The notes beneath the pieces are model-generated. The model saw only the letters and a list, made by a program, of their open reading frames with translations. It did no database searches and was not told the DNA's origin. From the NCBI GenBank assembly GCA_963666975.2, contig CAXVYR010000004.1, positions 2,176,001-2,240,000 on the forward strand: 64,000 nt of DNA. Reading direction: 5' to 3'. The position numbers and the translations under genes were made by a program. This document shows positions 28,654 through 39,325 of this stretch, in pieces (position 1 is the first letter of the stretch; every line of letters begins with the position of its first letter). The stretch comes from Terriglobia bacterium (GTDB lineage: Bacteria > Acidobacteriota > Terriglobia > 2-12-FULL-54-10).

Positions 28654-29772
28654 TTAGGGAACCGCGTAGTAGCCCTTCTTGGCCCGGATCTCCACATTTT
28701 TCCTGCTCGTCCGGATCTCCACCGCGCGGAATGTTCTGTCCAAGGCGGGATTTTTCGGAATGTAACCGATGGCGTATTGATTGGTCAGCTCGTCGCCGAT
28801 CGATTCCAGAGCCCGGGTGAGCGCCATGGCAAGCTCGGCGGAGTACCGCCCGGTCCCCGGTCTGTAGACGGAGTTTTGACTCTCGTAGAGCTGGTGCTTG
28901 GAGATGTAGCCGGTGGCGAAGGCGGCGCTCGGCAGATCGTCCAGAGGAGAGTACATCTGGCCTCCGGTTTCCCGCACCAGACGCCGGAGAACGTCGTCGC
29001 CGGGAGCATCTTCCCCGTAGCCGTTGGCGCTGACGGCGAATATCCGGACATCGGCCCGCAATGCCACGTCCACCGCCTGCTCCAGGCTGTGCTCGCTCAG
29101 GCTGTCATCCCCGTCGCTGAAGATGACCAGCACCCGCCGGGGAATGCCGGGACCCGGCGAGGTCATGAGCTTTTTCTCCGATGCAACGATGATGGCGTCC
29201 ATCAAGGCCGTGCCACCGGCGGCCTGCAGGCCGTCGAGCGCCGTGGTCAGGTCGTCCGGGTCAGTGGTGAAATCCTGAATCACGTCCGGACCGTGGTCGA
29301 AGGTCATCAAGAATCCCTGATGGTCCGAATGATTTGTCAAAACATAGTAGCCGAGCTGCATGGCGGCTTCTTTTTCAAACTTCAGGCGGGGCCGGGCGCT
29401 GGTGCTGGTATCCAGCAACAGTCCAAAGCGAAGCGGCAGATTGGTGGCCGGGCTGAAATAGGTAATGTCCTGCTCCACCCCGTTCTCAAACACTTTGAAG
29501 TCCTTTTCCTGGAGGTCCAGCACTAATTTCCCTTTCTTGTCAAAGACAGTATAGGGAATCTGCACCTCCTTCACTTCCACCCGAATCCTCTGGCCGTCCG
29601 GGCCTACCTGTTCGGAGGCCGTGGCGTTCTGCTCGGAGGTCTGAGCCTCCAGCAATGTCGCCGTGCCTGCATGCAGAAGAAAAATCAACAGGCAAAAACC
29701 AAGCAGAGCTAGGCCGCTCCATCGAGCGCTGTAGGAAGCTGATCGCGTAGAAACTCGCATCGCAGGGACCAA
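28654..29772 (-). CDS. VWA domain protein, acidobacterial VWFA-related type
   Basis: V.DKKG..V.DL...DF...ENG, LLDTSTS, GTAL.DAI, SDGDD, L.NQY.IGY.P and GYYA. Confidence 0.9.
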   Translation of the reverse strand: MVPAMRVSTRSASYSARWSGLALLGFCLLIFLLHAGTATLLEAQTSEQNATASEQVGPDGQRIRVEVKEVQIPYTVFDKKGKLVLDLQEKDFKVFENGVEQDITYFSPATNLPLRFGLLLDTSTSARPRLKFEKEAAMQLGYYVLTNHSDHQGFLMTFDHGPDVIQDFTTDPDDLTTALDGLQAAGGTALMDAIIVASEKKLMTSPGPGIPRRVLVIFSDGDDSLSEHSLEQAVDVALRADVRIFAVSANGYGEDAPGDDVLRRLVRETGGQMYSPLDDLPSAAFATGYISKHQLYESQNSVYRPGTGRYSAELAMALTRALESIGDELTNQYAIGYIPKNPALDRTFRAVEIRTSRKNVEIRAKKGYYAVP

Positions 29773-29859
29773 AACCGCACCATAGGATTAGAAGATTCTA
29801 GCATGGATTGATCTCTCGTTTCACCTCGTGTAAGCTCTCTCCAAACAGTCCCAAACAGA

Positions 29860-30251
29860 CGAGGGCAAAAAGGTGGCCGTTTCCCCAGGGAGGTCGTGCC
29901 CGGCAGATATCAAGCGGGGGTGGCACAGAGCCAGTGTGGTCGAGGGACGGTCGCGAGTTGTTCTATCGCAATGGAACTAAGATGATGGTTGTTTCCGTTG
30001 CAACGGAGCCTGACTTCAGTTCTCGCTTTCCACGGAACACCAGAGGAGCTGTTCACCGGGCTCTACGCGCTAACACCTTTCAGGTATCCAAACTACGATG
30101 TCAGCCTGGATGGGCAACGATTGCTTATGGTAAAAGCCGAATACACTGGAACCAGAGGACACCGGGCTCTACGCCGCACCTTTCAATCAACGTCGTCAAC
30201 GTCGTGTTAAACTGGTTTGAAGAGTTAAAGCAGAAGGTGCCGGCCAACTGA
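29860..30251 (+). pseudogene. C-terminal remnant of a Ser/Thr kinase-PD40 beta-propeller protein
   Basis: QISSGGGTEPVWSRDGRELFYR, YDVS.DGQR.LMVK and NVVLNWFEELK spread over shifted frames. Confidence 0.8.
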
Positions 30252-30252
30252 G

Positions 30253-30678
30253 ATGAGCGACCAAACCAATCCGCAATTGCATCGCACTCTGGGAGCCATC
30301 GTGGAGCATGCGGGAACGCTCCGCGAGGTGCCAAAAGCTGACTTGAGTCCCGGAGACTGGGTGGAGGTGACCACTCTCAACTCCACCTACTCGATCCGCG
30401 TGCTGGAAGACGGTTTCTATTCCGTCTCGGGCGGGTGGTTTGACCGCGAAGGTTTGTCGCCATTCAGAACGACCATTACCGGCTGTAGCTGGGGCGGCAG
30501 CGCCATCAAACTGGACATTGTGGCGGCTTGCGGCCTGCATCTGGAGTTCGGCAACCGTGTGGTGACCAGCCCCATCCGGAAAGTTTACGTCATGCGATTT
30601 AGCGAGCAAGCACCGGCGCGAATGAACGTGGTGATGAATTGGTTTGATGCGCCGAATCACCACCGCCCTGGCGAATAA
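30253..30678 (+). CDS. Conserved-looking hypothetical protein
   Basis: V.T.NSTY.I...GG.F...GCSWGGS.IK...GL.LEF...TSPI with coding-like codon usage. Confidence 0.7.
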   Translation: MSDQTNPQLHRTLGAIVEHAGTLREVPKADLSPGDWVEVTTLNSTYSIRVLEDGFYSVSGGWFDREGLSPFRTTITGCSWGGSAIKLDIVAACGLHLEFGNRVVTSPIRKVYVMRFSEQAPARMNVVMNWFDAPNHHRPGE

Positions 30679-30728
30679 AGCAATAAAGAAATGCTCCGCA
30701 AGACGCTCTTCCGAATCCAAACTAATAA

Positions 30729-30776
30729 CTACAGCATTTTACGGATTGATGTATAGGGGTTCGTCAGGGCACGGCT
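30729..30776 (+). repeat. Left end of the REP-MITE, interrupted by IS1182
   Basis: 30729-30773 is identical to 36940-36984 (45 bp). Confidence 0.9.
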
Positions 30777-30778
30777 AC

Positions 30779-32175
30779 AGAGTCTGTGTGAAAACGCGGT
30801 TTCATTTGCTACGTATCATCGGTGATAGGAGATCAGCGGATGAATCTGCGTTATTCGATCGTTCCGAACTTTCTGGTCAGGGCTTCCGGTTGCTTACCCC
30901 GCCCGGTCCAGGGTTGGTTTCGTGCGCCACAGCCGGGTGAGGTTGAAGGCGATGGTGGCCAGAGCCAACTCCACCGCGACCTTCGCCAAGCCCCGACGCC
31001 GGAACTGTCGCATTCCACGTTGTTCTTTCAGGACTCCGAAGACCGGTTCCACGATTGCTTTGCGCCGCTGATAAATGGCGCGCCCGTCCGGGTCTCGCAA
31101 TTTCTGCCGCATCCGCCGGTGCTCGGGATGCCGCACCGGTGCGGCTCCCACCACACGCTGGCCTCGGTTCAGTTCCCGTGCCAGATTCGAATCCGGAACA
31201 TACGCATCCATGCCGTCCCGGGCCAGTTTCCCGATGGCCTTCACCTGAAAGAAGCCGCTGTCGGCGCTGAGCTTCTGGGGGCGTTCCGCGCAGCGTTGTT
31301 CGACCGCCTCGACTACCGGGACCAGCGAACGGTGGTCGGTGGCATTCCGGGTGACGCGCTGTTCCACGATGAGGTGATCCTCACTGACGGCGAGGTCCGC
31401 CGTGTAGCCCAGCGTGAATCCCTTCCGGGTGCGCCAGAATCGGCTGTCGGGATCGATTTGCGACCGGCGCTTCAGGCCGCTTTTGCTCAACCGCTCCAGT
31501 CGGCGCGGGATTTCCTTCAGCCGCTTTTCCAGCGCCGCCATCTGTTCGGCGCTCAGTTGCTGGCCAGCCGCTTCCTCGGAGGTCTGGGCGTCACACTGTT
31601 TTTGCCAGCGGCGAATCCGTCGCCGCATCTTGGCCCGCTGGGCTCGCAACTGGGCGACCGTCTCCACTCGATCCCGCGAGGCATTGGCCGCCACCCGCGT
31701 TGAATCAATCGCCACGTGCCCCAGCCGACCCATCCCGAGCGAACGCGCCAACTCCACCCCCTGCGTGAACAGATCGTTCAGCGCCCGGGCATGCCGCGTC
31801 CGAAACTGGTTGAGGGTCCGGAAATCCGGCGGGGCCCCACCCGCCAGGTACCGGAAGGCCAAATCCTCCCGCACCCGTTGCTCCAGCCGCCGCGCCGACG
31901 TGATGTCCAGCGCGTAGGCATACAGCCACACCTTCAGCAGCAGCGCCGGGTGAGAGGCTGGGCGGCCTTGCTCGACCTATCCTTGCTCGAACGCCTCCAG
32001 GTCCCGCCGCTCGACGGCTCGGTGCAGGAAGAAACAGACATGATCCCCTCCCAACACATCTCGCACACTGGGCGGCAGCAGATACCCTTGCTCCGGATTG
32101 TAGATCAAGAATTTCATCGCGCCTCCTTGAGGTGCATTATACAAACTTGTCAAGGGTGGTTTTCACACACACTCT
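30779..32175 (-). mobile_element. IS1182 family insertion sequence
   Basis: 17-bp TIRs AGAGTSTGTGTGAAAAC at 30779-30795 and 32159-32175. Confidence 0.85.
30894..32117 (-). pseudogene. IS1182 transposase with in-frame TAG
   Basis: MKFLIYNPEQGYLLPPS...AFEQG*VEQGRPA.HP.LLLKVWLYAY with the TAG at 31977-31979. Also PDFRT, IDST, ADSGF and VEPVFG. Confidence 0.85.
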
Positions 32176-32444
32176 TTAGCCGCTGCGCCTAACAGAAACT
32201 GACCCACTACCGACTCTTCCGCTTTGCGAGGAAGCGGGACGGCCGGACCATCGGGAGGTATTCAGCCATCTTTCTATACCAGAACCAGGGCAAAACCCGC
32301 CAGGTACAATCGAGGGATGGGCGGACGAGTCGGGAGCTAATTTGCTATAGTAAATTCCTAGTACATGCGTTATCATATTATTGACTAAACTTTCCAGGAA
32401 CAACATGCAAGCCAAACGGGAATTGGAGGCTCCCAATAAAATTA

Positions 32445-33165
32445 GGGGCTGTCCTAGCTAAGGGTGATTCTGTCTCGATTTGATCCATGTCTTCAATTGG
32501 TTAAGCAGTGTCCGGTGGTTACCGCCATTGAAGCGCCATTCGCACTCCTTCAGGAAGAGGTGAAAACTCTGTTTGGGCACCCCGTTGAAGCGCCGAAGAT
32601 GCCGCTTTGCCTGGTTCCAGAAGTTCTCGATCCCATTGATGTGGTTCCGTTCGTCGACGAACCGTTCCGAGTGGTTGATCCGAACATGGTGGAAGTCCGA
32701 CACATCCAGAGCATCGTAGCTCGAAAAGCCATCCGTGTAGACGATGCTGTCGGGCTGGATCAGGCGCTCCATGATCGGCATCAACGTGTCCGTACGGGCA
32801 TTGGGGATCATCACCGTGTAGACCCTTCCTCCACGCTTCAAAAGCCCGAAAACCGGGACTTTCCCGCCAGCACCACGACCGCGTTTGCCCTTGCGGCGAC
32901 CACCGAAGTAACTCTCGTCCACTTCGATTTCGCCGCAAACCGAAGAGGCTTTCTGGGTCTCCTCGGCAATCACCGTGCGAATCCGTGTATAGAACGAAGC
33001 GGCCGTGTTCCGATGAACCCCGACAAGCTCAGCCGCCGCCCGTGCCGTCGTCCCGGCAACGAAGTGCTCCACCAACCGATCCCGCTTCGCCTTGCTCAGC
33101 CGACTACGCCGTTCGTACATATCGCCATCCTATCCCTAAGCAATCTGCTTAGCTAGGACAGCCCC
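32445..33165 (-). mobile_element. IS1595 family (IS1016 group) insertion sequence, complete
   Basis: Perfect 18-bp TIR GGGGCTGTCCTAGCTAAG, 8-bp TSD TAAAATTA, 721 bp long. Confidence 0.93.
32458..33120 (-). CDS. IS1595 family transposase
   Basis: EVDESYFGG, VYTDG, NHS, NGIENFW and LKECEWRFN. Confidence 0.95.
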   Translation of the reverse strand: MYERRSRLSKAKRDRLVEHFVAGTTARAAAELVGVHRNTAASFYTRIRTVIAEETQKASSVCGEIEVDESYFGGRRKGKRGRGAGGKVPVFGLLKRGGRVYTVMIPNARTDTLMPIMERLIQPDSIVYTDGFSSYDALDVSDFHHVRINHSERFVDERNHINGIENFWNQAKRHLRRFNGVPKQSFHLFLKECEWRFNGGNHRTLLNQLKTWIKSRQNHP

Positions 33166-33541
33166 TAAAATTATACAGGCTTTGGGGTTCTTATTCCTGG
33201 CCTTTTCATCAATGCTCTTTCCCAGTTGTACCTTGTGGAAGGGGAAAGCCGCTTATCTGAGAACGGCTAAGTTCCGACACGCTCTGACGGCGGAACAACT
33301 CTCGAACGCTGTCTTGTTGACCGATAAGATGACCGATAAGGCGTTAGATACCCTGGGAAAGTATGATTCTGTAAAGCTTAGAGAGACCTATACCTCACGG
33401 CTGAGTTACATGCTGATCGCGCACGGCTCATGCGCAACCGCAGGAATCGCTAGCCTCTGCGTATCGGTTGAATTTCTCTGAGCGTCCAGACAGTGCCCGG
33501 CCTGCTGGACCAATCCTCCTGAACCGGAACGCAAATTTGCC

Positions 33542-36500
33542 GTGAGCAGCTTCACACAACTGAAAAATTGGATATCGCCGAGACTTGCGGTCCTTGTCGC
33601 CTTCGGTGTGGCATCACTTTCCGTGGTCCTATGGCATGCCCTCGTCACCCGGGAGCACGCACAAATCAAGCTGGCAGTTGAGCAAACAACTCACGCCCTA
33701 AGTGCCGAGATCAAGGAGCGAGTTGAACCGAAGATCCTGGCGCTGGTGCGCATGGCTAGGCGCTGGGAGGCACAAGGCGGAACATCCCGCGAGGAGTGGG
33801 AAGCTGACGCATTGCTTTATTTGACTCATCAGACCGGACAGCAAAGCATCTCTTGGGTGGACTCTTCCTACCATGTGCGGTGGCCTGCTCCTTTGGAGGG
33901 AAGAGAAATCTATGAAGGCGTGAACGTTGCGAGAGAGGAACAGAGACGTTTGGTTCTCGATACAGCACGGGAACGGGGGGAAGTTGGGGTGACGCGTGTT
34001 GTCGAACTGTTCGGGGGCGAGATGGGATTCCTTGTTTTTGTACCCCTGTTCGTGGGTGAGCGCTTCGATGGGTACATGACGGGCACTTTTTGGATACAGC
34101 AATTGCTTGAACCCTTCTTAGCCGATCGCGCTTTACTTGGCTACTCCATCGCGCTCTTCGAAGGCGAGGAGGAAATCGTCAATCGTTCCGAGACCAGCAG
34201 CCAGGATCATCCGGAATGGCTCCAGGAGATGGAAGTTGAGATTCGCAATGTAACTTGGCGCGTTCAAGTCCGGCCGAGGCCGGAACTGATCGCCAAAATG
34301 AGATCGTGGCTTCCGGAGGCGACCTTAGCGGTTGGATTCCTGTTGGCATTGCTGATGTCGCTCACGATTCGTCTGGCCCAATCGGCGAGGCTTCGCTCAC
34401 GAGAAGTTGGGTTAGCCAACCGGGAACTAGAGGCACAAATCACCGAGCGCAAGCGGGCAGAAGAGGTGCTGCGGCAGAGCGAAGAAAGGTTCCGGAACCT
34501 GCTGGAATCCGCTCCCGACGCTATCGTGGGGACCCGGGAAGACGATCGTATTATGCTCGTCAACGCTCAAACCGAACTCCTGTTCGGTTACAGCCGGGAC
34601 GAATTGCTCGGACAACCCGTTGAAATGCTGCTGCCCGAGCAATTTCGCGAACAGCACGGGCAGCATCGCGCGAACTACAATGCGAATCCCCGCATGCGGA
34701 GCATGGGAGGCGGCCTTACACTGGCAGGACGCCGGAAGGATGGCAGCGAGTTTCCGGTGGAGATCAGCCTCAGCCCCATGCAAAAGGACAGTGGGGGCGG
34801 CGTCACGAGCATTATCCGCGATATCACCAGGCGCGAACGGGCGGAAGAAACGCTCCGCGCGAGTGAGGAGCGGTATAGCCTCGCCGTGCGCGGGACGAGC
34901 GACGGTCTGTGGGACTGGAATATTAAAAGCGGCGAAGAGTATTTCTCCCCGAGGTGGAAGGAGATGCTGGGGTATCAGGATCACGAGCTCAAAGGCCATT
35001 ACAAGGAGTGGTTCGATAGGATTCATCCCGAAGATCGTTCCCGGGTAATGCGCTGCCTGGACGACTACTTGGCGGACCAGTCTCATACTTTCGATTTAGA
35101 ACACCGTTTATTACATAAGGACGGAACCTACCGTTGGTTCTGGACTCGCGGGATTTGCCTGCGCGATGCCGAGGGCAAGCCCTATCGCATGGCGGGTTCC
35201 ATCACTGACATCACCGGCAGCAAGCAGGCGGAACAGGCTTTACGGGAAAGCGAAGACAGGTTTCGCGCCCAATACAAAGGAATTCCGATTCCTACCTACT
35301 CCTGGCGGTTGACCGGGGAGGATTTTGTCCTGATGGAATACAACGATGCTGCCCTCGACTTATCGCGGGGTGCTATCGCTGACTTTGCTGGGAAAACCGC
35401 CCGGAAATTCTTCTCAGACAGGCCGGACATCATAGAGAGCATGTGGCGATGCTATCGGGAAAGAAAATCCCACAGGGAGGAGACGGTCCTTCGGATGCGG
35501 ACTACAGGCGAGACAAAGCCTTTCGCTTTTACCCGCACTTTTATTCCGCCCGATCTGGTTATGGTTCATGCCGAAGATCTCACCGAGCGCAAGCGGGCGG
35601 AGGATGCCTTGCGGCAGAAAGAGGAGCAACTCCGCCAGGCGCAGAAAATGGAGGCCATCGGGCAATTGGCGGGCGGGGTGGCGCATGACTTCAACAACCT
35701 GCTCACGGGCATCATCGGATACAGCGGTATCCTCATGGACAAACTGGGACCCGCCCATCCTCTCTTGACAAAAGCGGAGCAAATCAAAAAAGCGGGGGAC
35801 CAAGCCGCTTCCCTCACCAACCAACTGCTGGCCTTCAGCCGGAAACAAGTGTTGCAACCCCAGATCATCGACCTGAATGACATCATCACCGATATGAACG
35901 AGATGCTGCGCCGCCTGATCGGCGAGGATATCGATCTGGTAACCGATCTCGGCACGGAGTTGGGAAAAACCAAAGCCGATCCAGCCCAGATCAAGCAGAT
36001 TATTCTGAATCTGGCGAGCAACGCCCGCGGCGCGATGCCAAAAGGAGGCAGGCTGATCATTACGACGGACAACGTGGAACGGAAGCAGACCGATGGCTAC
36101 CCCAACTTGGGCGCCCAAGACAGACAGCAAGTAATGCTCACCGTGAGCGACACGGGCAGCGGCATGGACACGGAGACACTGAGCCACATCTTTGAGCCCT
36201 TCTTCACGACGAAAGAGCCGGGAAAGGGAACCGGACTGGGGCTGGCCAGCGTTTACGGGGTTGTGCAGCAGAGCGGTGGCCACATTCAGGTTTCCAGCAC
36301 TCCCGGGCACGGCACGAAATTTCATATCTACTTTCCCCGGGTCAGCGGGACCGTCCGCCAGCAGAAGCTGCCCGTTGAAGTTCGGGAATCTTTCAGCGGT
36401 TCGGAAACCGTGTTGCTGGTGGAGGACGCCGATGTCGTCCGGGAATTGGCAAAGGAAGGCCTGGCAGAGGAGGGCTACACTGTACTGGATGCGCGGAACC

Positions 36501-36844
36501 CCGCCGAAGCCATTCGCATCTGCAGTCAGAAGCAGACGATTCACCTGTTGCTGACCGATGTAGTCATGCCGGGGATGAGCGGACCCGAATTAGCTCAGCT
36601 TCTCACAGCCCAGCATAAAGATTTGAAGGTGCTTTATACCTCGGGTTATGCGAGTCATTCCTTGGTCCACCACGATCTTCCGAAGCAGGAGCTTGCTTTT
36701 ATCTCCAAGCCATTCGCTTTAAAGGCTCTGCAACGCAAGGTGCGCGAGGTGCTAGACGCGCCAAAAACAGCCATGCGCAAACGAGACAAGCAATCGATCA
36801 GCCCTGGCAAAAAGCCGCCATCCGGGAGGCGGCCACACCTATGA
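33542..36844 (+). CDS. Hybrid sensor histidine kinase (CHASE-like, 3 PAS, HisKA, HATPase, REC)
   Basis: Two TM helices, PAS/PAC repeats, AHDFNNLL, GKGTGLGL and LLTDVVMP. Confidence 0.93.
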   Translation: MSSFTQLKNWISPRLAVLVAFGVASLSVVLWHALVTREHAQIKLAVEQTTHALSAEIKERVEPKILALVRMARRWEAQGGTSREEWEADALLYLTHQTGQQSISWVDSSYHVRWPAPLEGREIYEGVNVAREEQRRLVLDTARERGEVGVTRVVELFGGEMGFLVFVPLFVGERFDGYMTGTFWIQQLLEPFLADRALLGYSIALFEGEEEIVNRSETSSQDHPEWLQEMEVEIRNVTWRVQVRPRPELIAKMRSWLPEATLAVGFLLALLMSLTIRLAQSARLRSREVGLANRELEAQITERKRAEEVLRQSEERFRNLLESAPDAIVGTREDDRIMLVNAQTELLFGYSRDELLGQPVEMLLPEQFREQHGQHRANYNANPRMRSMGGGLTLAGRRKDGSEFPVEISLSPMQKDSGGGVTSIIRDITRRERAEETLRASEERYSLAVRGTSDGLWDWNIKSGEEYFSPRWKEMLGYQDHELKGHYKEWFDRIHPEDRSRVMRCLDDYLADQSHTFDLEHRLLHKDGTYRWFWTRGICLRDAEGKPYRMAGSITDITGSKQAEQALRESEDRFRAQYKGIPIPTYSWRLTGEDFVLMEYNDAALDLSRGAIADFAGKTARKFFSDRPDIIESMWRCYRERKSHREETVLRMRTTGETKPFAFTRTFIPPDLVMVHAEDLTERKRAEDALRQKEEQLRQAQKMEAIGQLAGGVAHDFNNLLTGIIGYSGILMDKLGPAHPLLTKAEQIKKAGDQAASLTNQLLAFSRKQVLQPQIIDLNDIITDMNEMLRRLIGEDIDLVTDLGTELGKTKADPAQIKQIILNLASNARGAMPKGGRLIITTDNVERKQTDGYPNLGAQDRQQVMLTVSDTGSGMDTETLSHIFEPFFTTKEPGKGTGLGLASVYGVVQQSGGHIQVSSTPGHGTKFHIYFPRVSGTVRQQKLPVEVRESFSGSETVLLVEDADVVRELAKEGLAEEGYTVLDARNPAEAIRICSQKQTIHLLLTDVVMPGMSGPELAQLLTAQHKDLKVLYTSGYASHSLVHHDLPKQELAFISKPFALKALQRKVREVLDAPKTAMRKRDKQSISPGKKPPSGRRPHL

Positions 36845-36940
36845 AGGGCGACCCAAGGCGTTTCTAAATGCTCTCCTTTCGCAGGCGAATATTCTTTGGA
36901 GCTTGCCGGTGATCCGCCCGATCAAATGCTTTTTCTTGCC

Positions 36941-37167
36941 TACAGCATTTTACGGATTGATGTATAGGGGTTCGTCAGGGCACGACTTCAGTCGTGCCGC
37001 AACGAGGCCAGCCATTAGGGGGTTTAACCCCTGACGGGACCCGATAGAAACATATGAACCTCAGCGGCTAAAGCCGCTCTGCCCCCCCTGCTTTTTTCGG
37101 CACGGTTAAAACCGTGCCCTGACGCAGATCTCAGTTTCCCTCTATACACCAATTTGAAAAATGCTCT
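36941..37167. mobile_element. MITE-like element containing four REP palindromes
   Basis: Imperfect TIRs ACAGCATTTTACGGATTGATGTATAG / AGAGCATTTTTCAAATTGGTGTATAG. REPs at about 36974, 37019, 37060 and 37098 form two inverted pairs. Confidence 0.75.
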
Positions 37168-37409
37168 GGCCGGACTTCCTATTTTCAGACCCAACGCTAA
37201 AGCGTTCCCCGGTTGTTCTAAAGTGTGTCCGATCCGCGACGGTCGACGGCGCGGCCATCAGAGCCGTTCCTCATAGTAAAAAAGCTGGGTTTGCCAGGAC
37301 CCGGAAAGCGGTTCATTATGGCGCTGAGGGTGTGGCAGTTTAGCTCGAAACTCTTTCGCTAATCGTGTCCCTTTGGCGACGGCAACGGATCGGTTCATCG
37401 CATCTTCGC

Positions 37410-37469
37410 TTCGACAAACATGGATTCGACAAACATGGATTCGGCAAACGGGGTTTCGATAAACGGTGA
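37410..37469. repeat. 4 x 15-bp tandem repeat upstream of the nitroreductase
   Basis: TTCGACAAACATGGA x2, TTCGGCAAACGGGGT and TTCGATAAACGGTGA. Confidence 0.85.
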
Positions 37470-37541
37470 TAATGTCAGCAATGACTTCTGCGGGAGACAG
37501 AGAAACGAAAACAGTGAAGCAGAGGAGGCTGGAGAAAAGCC

Positions 37542-38278
37542 ATGCTGAGTATCGATGAACTTCACGAATTGCTGAAGACCCGAAGGAGTATCCGAGGGTA
37601 CCAGAAGGACAAGGACGTTTCCGAGGAGCACATCCGGCAAATATTGGAGGCCGCTCGCTGGGCCCCCTCTGGCGGAAACGGGCAGCCGTGGGAATTTATC
37701 GTGATCCGGGACGCGGCGACCAGAAACAAGATCGCTGATTTGTTCCTCAAACAACAGGAGCCTAAAAGGGAGATGGAAATAGCGGTGCGGGGGGAAGCGA
37801 AGATGACGGGAGCCGGGTTCCGGGACGCCCCGTTTGCATCATCGTGCTGGGAGACCCGAGAGTGAATGCATCGTATCCTGTCCGCACAATGGAGGAAAAG
37901 TCGGATTCTCATTTTTACAGCGGACTGGCCAACGCCACTCTGCTGATCCAATTGGCGGCTGCCAGCCTGGGTTTGGGCTCGCAATACGTGAGCGATGCCA
38001 GTTCCCCGTATATGTCAGTCATGCTCAAGGTGCTTTTGGGCGTGCCGGAACCGCTGAAGGTTTATCATTTGATCCCCATTGGGTTTCCTTCCACTCCGGT
38101 CGCTCTTATGCCGCGCAGGGAACTGGAAGAGATAGTTAACTATGAGAAGTACGACCGGCAGCACTGCCGGGACGACCAAGCAATAGAGAAGTTTCTGATG
38201 ACGCTTACCCGCAGAGGGTCCTATGGTAAAAAGAGCTGGGTAGAGGTAGAGGATGATGCCGGGAAGGCCGGCCAGTAA
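37542..38278 (+). pseudogene. Nitroreductase family protein, frameshifted near 37830
   Basis: RRSIRGY and [12 protein letters not shown] in one frame; LAAASLGLGS and IPIGFP in another. Confidence 0.85.
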
Positions 38279-38410
38279 ATCCGGCGAGGTGATTTTTTCG
38301 CGCTCCGATTTATCTTTATTTGGACACTACTATCCAGGCCGTACCATCCGGACAATACCGTTATTCCGGCAATACCTTTTTGGGATCAGGTTAAGGATCA
38401 AGGATCAGCG

Positions 38411-39325
38411 ATGGGCATTCTGATCGGAATATTGGCAGGAACCGTTGTCGCCATTGTTTTTCCGCAGTGGTTTGTGTGGATGCAGCCGGTGTTACAACCC
38501 GCCTTCGCCGTCACGATGCTTTTCGTCGGCACGCTGGTCCGGCCGGAACAGGTGCGCGCCTTCTCTAAAAAGTCTTCCCGGGCGCTGGCGGGGTTGCTCA
38601 CCCAGTACACCGTCATGCCGCTGATCGCCTGGACGGTATCGCTGGCTTTTGACGATCCGCTGGTGCGTGTCGGAATCGTGCTGGTAGGCTGCATGCCCGG
38701 AGCCATGGCTTCCAACGTCATGACCGTATTGTTTCAGGGAGACCTGATCCTGTCGGTGACGATGACGACGCTGGCCACGTTGCTCAGCCCCCTGATGCTG
38801 GCGTTCTGGCTTCCCTTTTTGGCGGATGCGCGGGTGGATGTACCCTCGGGAGCGCTGGCGTGGAATGCCGCCTGGATGGTGGTGTTTCCGGTAACGGCGG
38901 GAATCCTGATGCGCCGCTTCCAGCCCCGCATGCCGCCATGGTGGGACCGAACGGCCACCGTCCTGGCCTCGGCGACGATTGTGCTGATCATATTGGTCGT
39001 GGTGGCTACCAACCATTCTCGTCTGGCGGCTATCGGGCCCCAGTTAGCGCTGGCCATGCTGGCGATCAATCTCTGCGGTTACGGTCTGGCGTTTATCGTA
39101 GCGACGCGGCTCCGCTGGCCGCCGGAACAACGCCGCACCCTGGTAATAGAGGTAGGAATGCAGAATGCCGGTCTGGGCTCCGTGCTGGCGATCGCACATC
39201 TGGGTGAAGCGGCCGCCATTCCGAGCGCCTTTTATACGGCGCTCTGCGTCTTCACCACCTCTCTGGCTCTACCGCTCCGCCGCCGTACGGAAGGTGTCTC
39301 GGAAATGCGGCGTCTGGACGAGTAG
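38411..39325 (+). CDS. Bile acid:sodium symporter family transporter
   Basis: QY.VMP, PGAMASNV and IEVGMQNAGLG. Confidence 0.92.
   Translation: MGILIGILAGTVVAIVFPQWFVWMQPVLQPAFAVTMLFVGTLVRPEQVRAFSKKSSRALAGLLTQYTVMPLIAWTVSLAFDDPLVRVGIVLVGCMPGAMASNVMTVLFQGDLILSVTMTTLATLLSPLMLAFWLPFLADARVDVPSGALAWNAAWMVVFPVTAGILMRRFQPRMPPWWDRTATVLASATIVLIILVVVATNHSRLAAIGPQLALAMLAINLCGYGLAFIVATRLRWPPEQRRTLVIEVGMQNAGLGSVLAIAHLGEAAAIPSAFYTALCVFTTSLALPLRRRTEGVSEMRRLDE

Noticed and set aside
32187-32280. GCCTAAC as a second attC core
   Set aside because: There is no matching GTTRRRY or paired L boxes at a suitable distance, and no cassette ORF.
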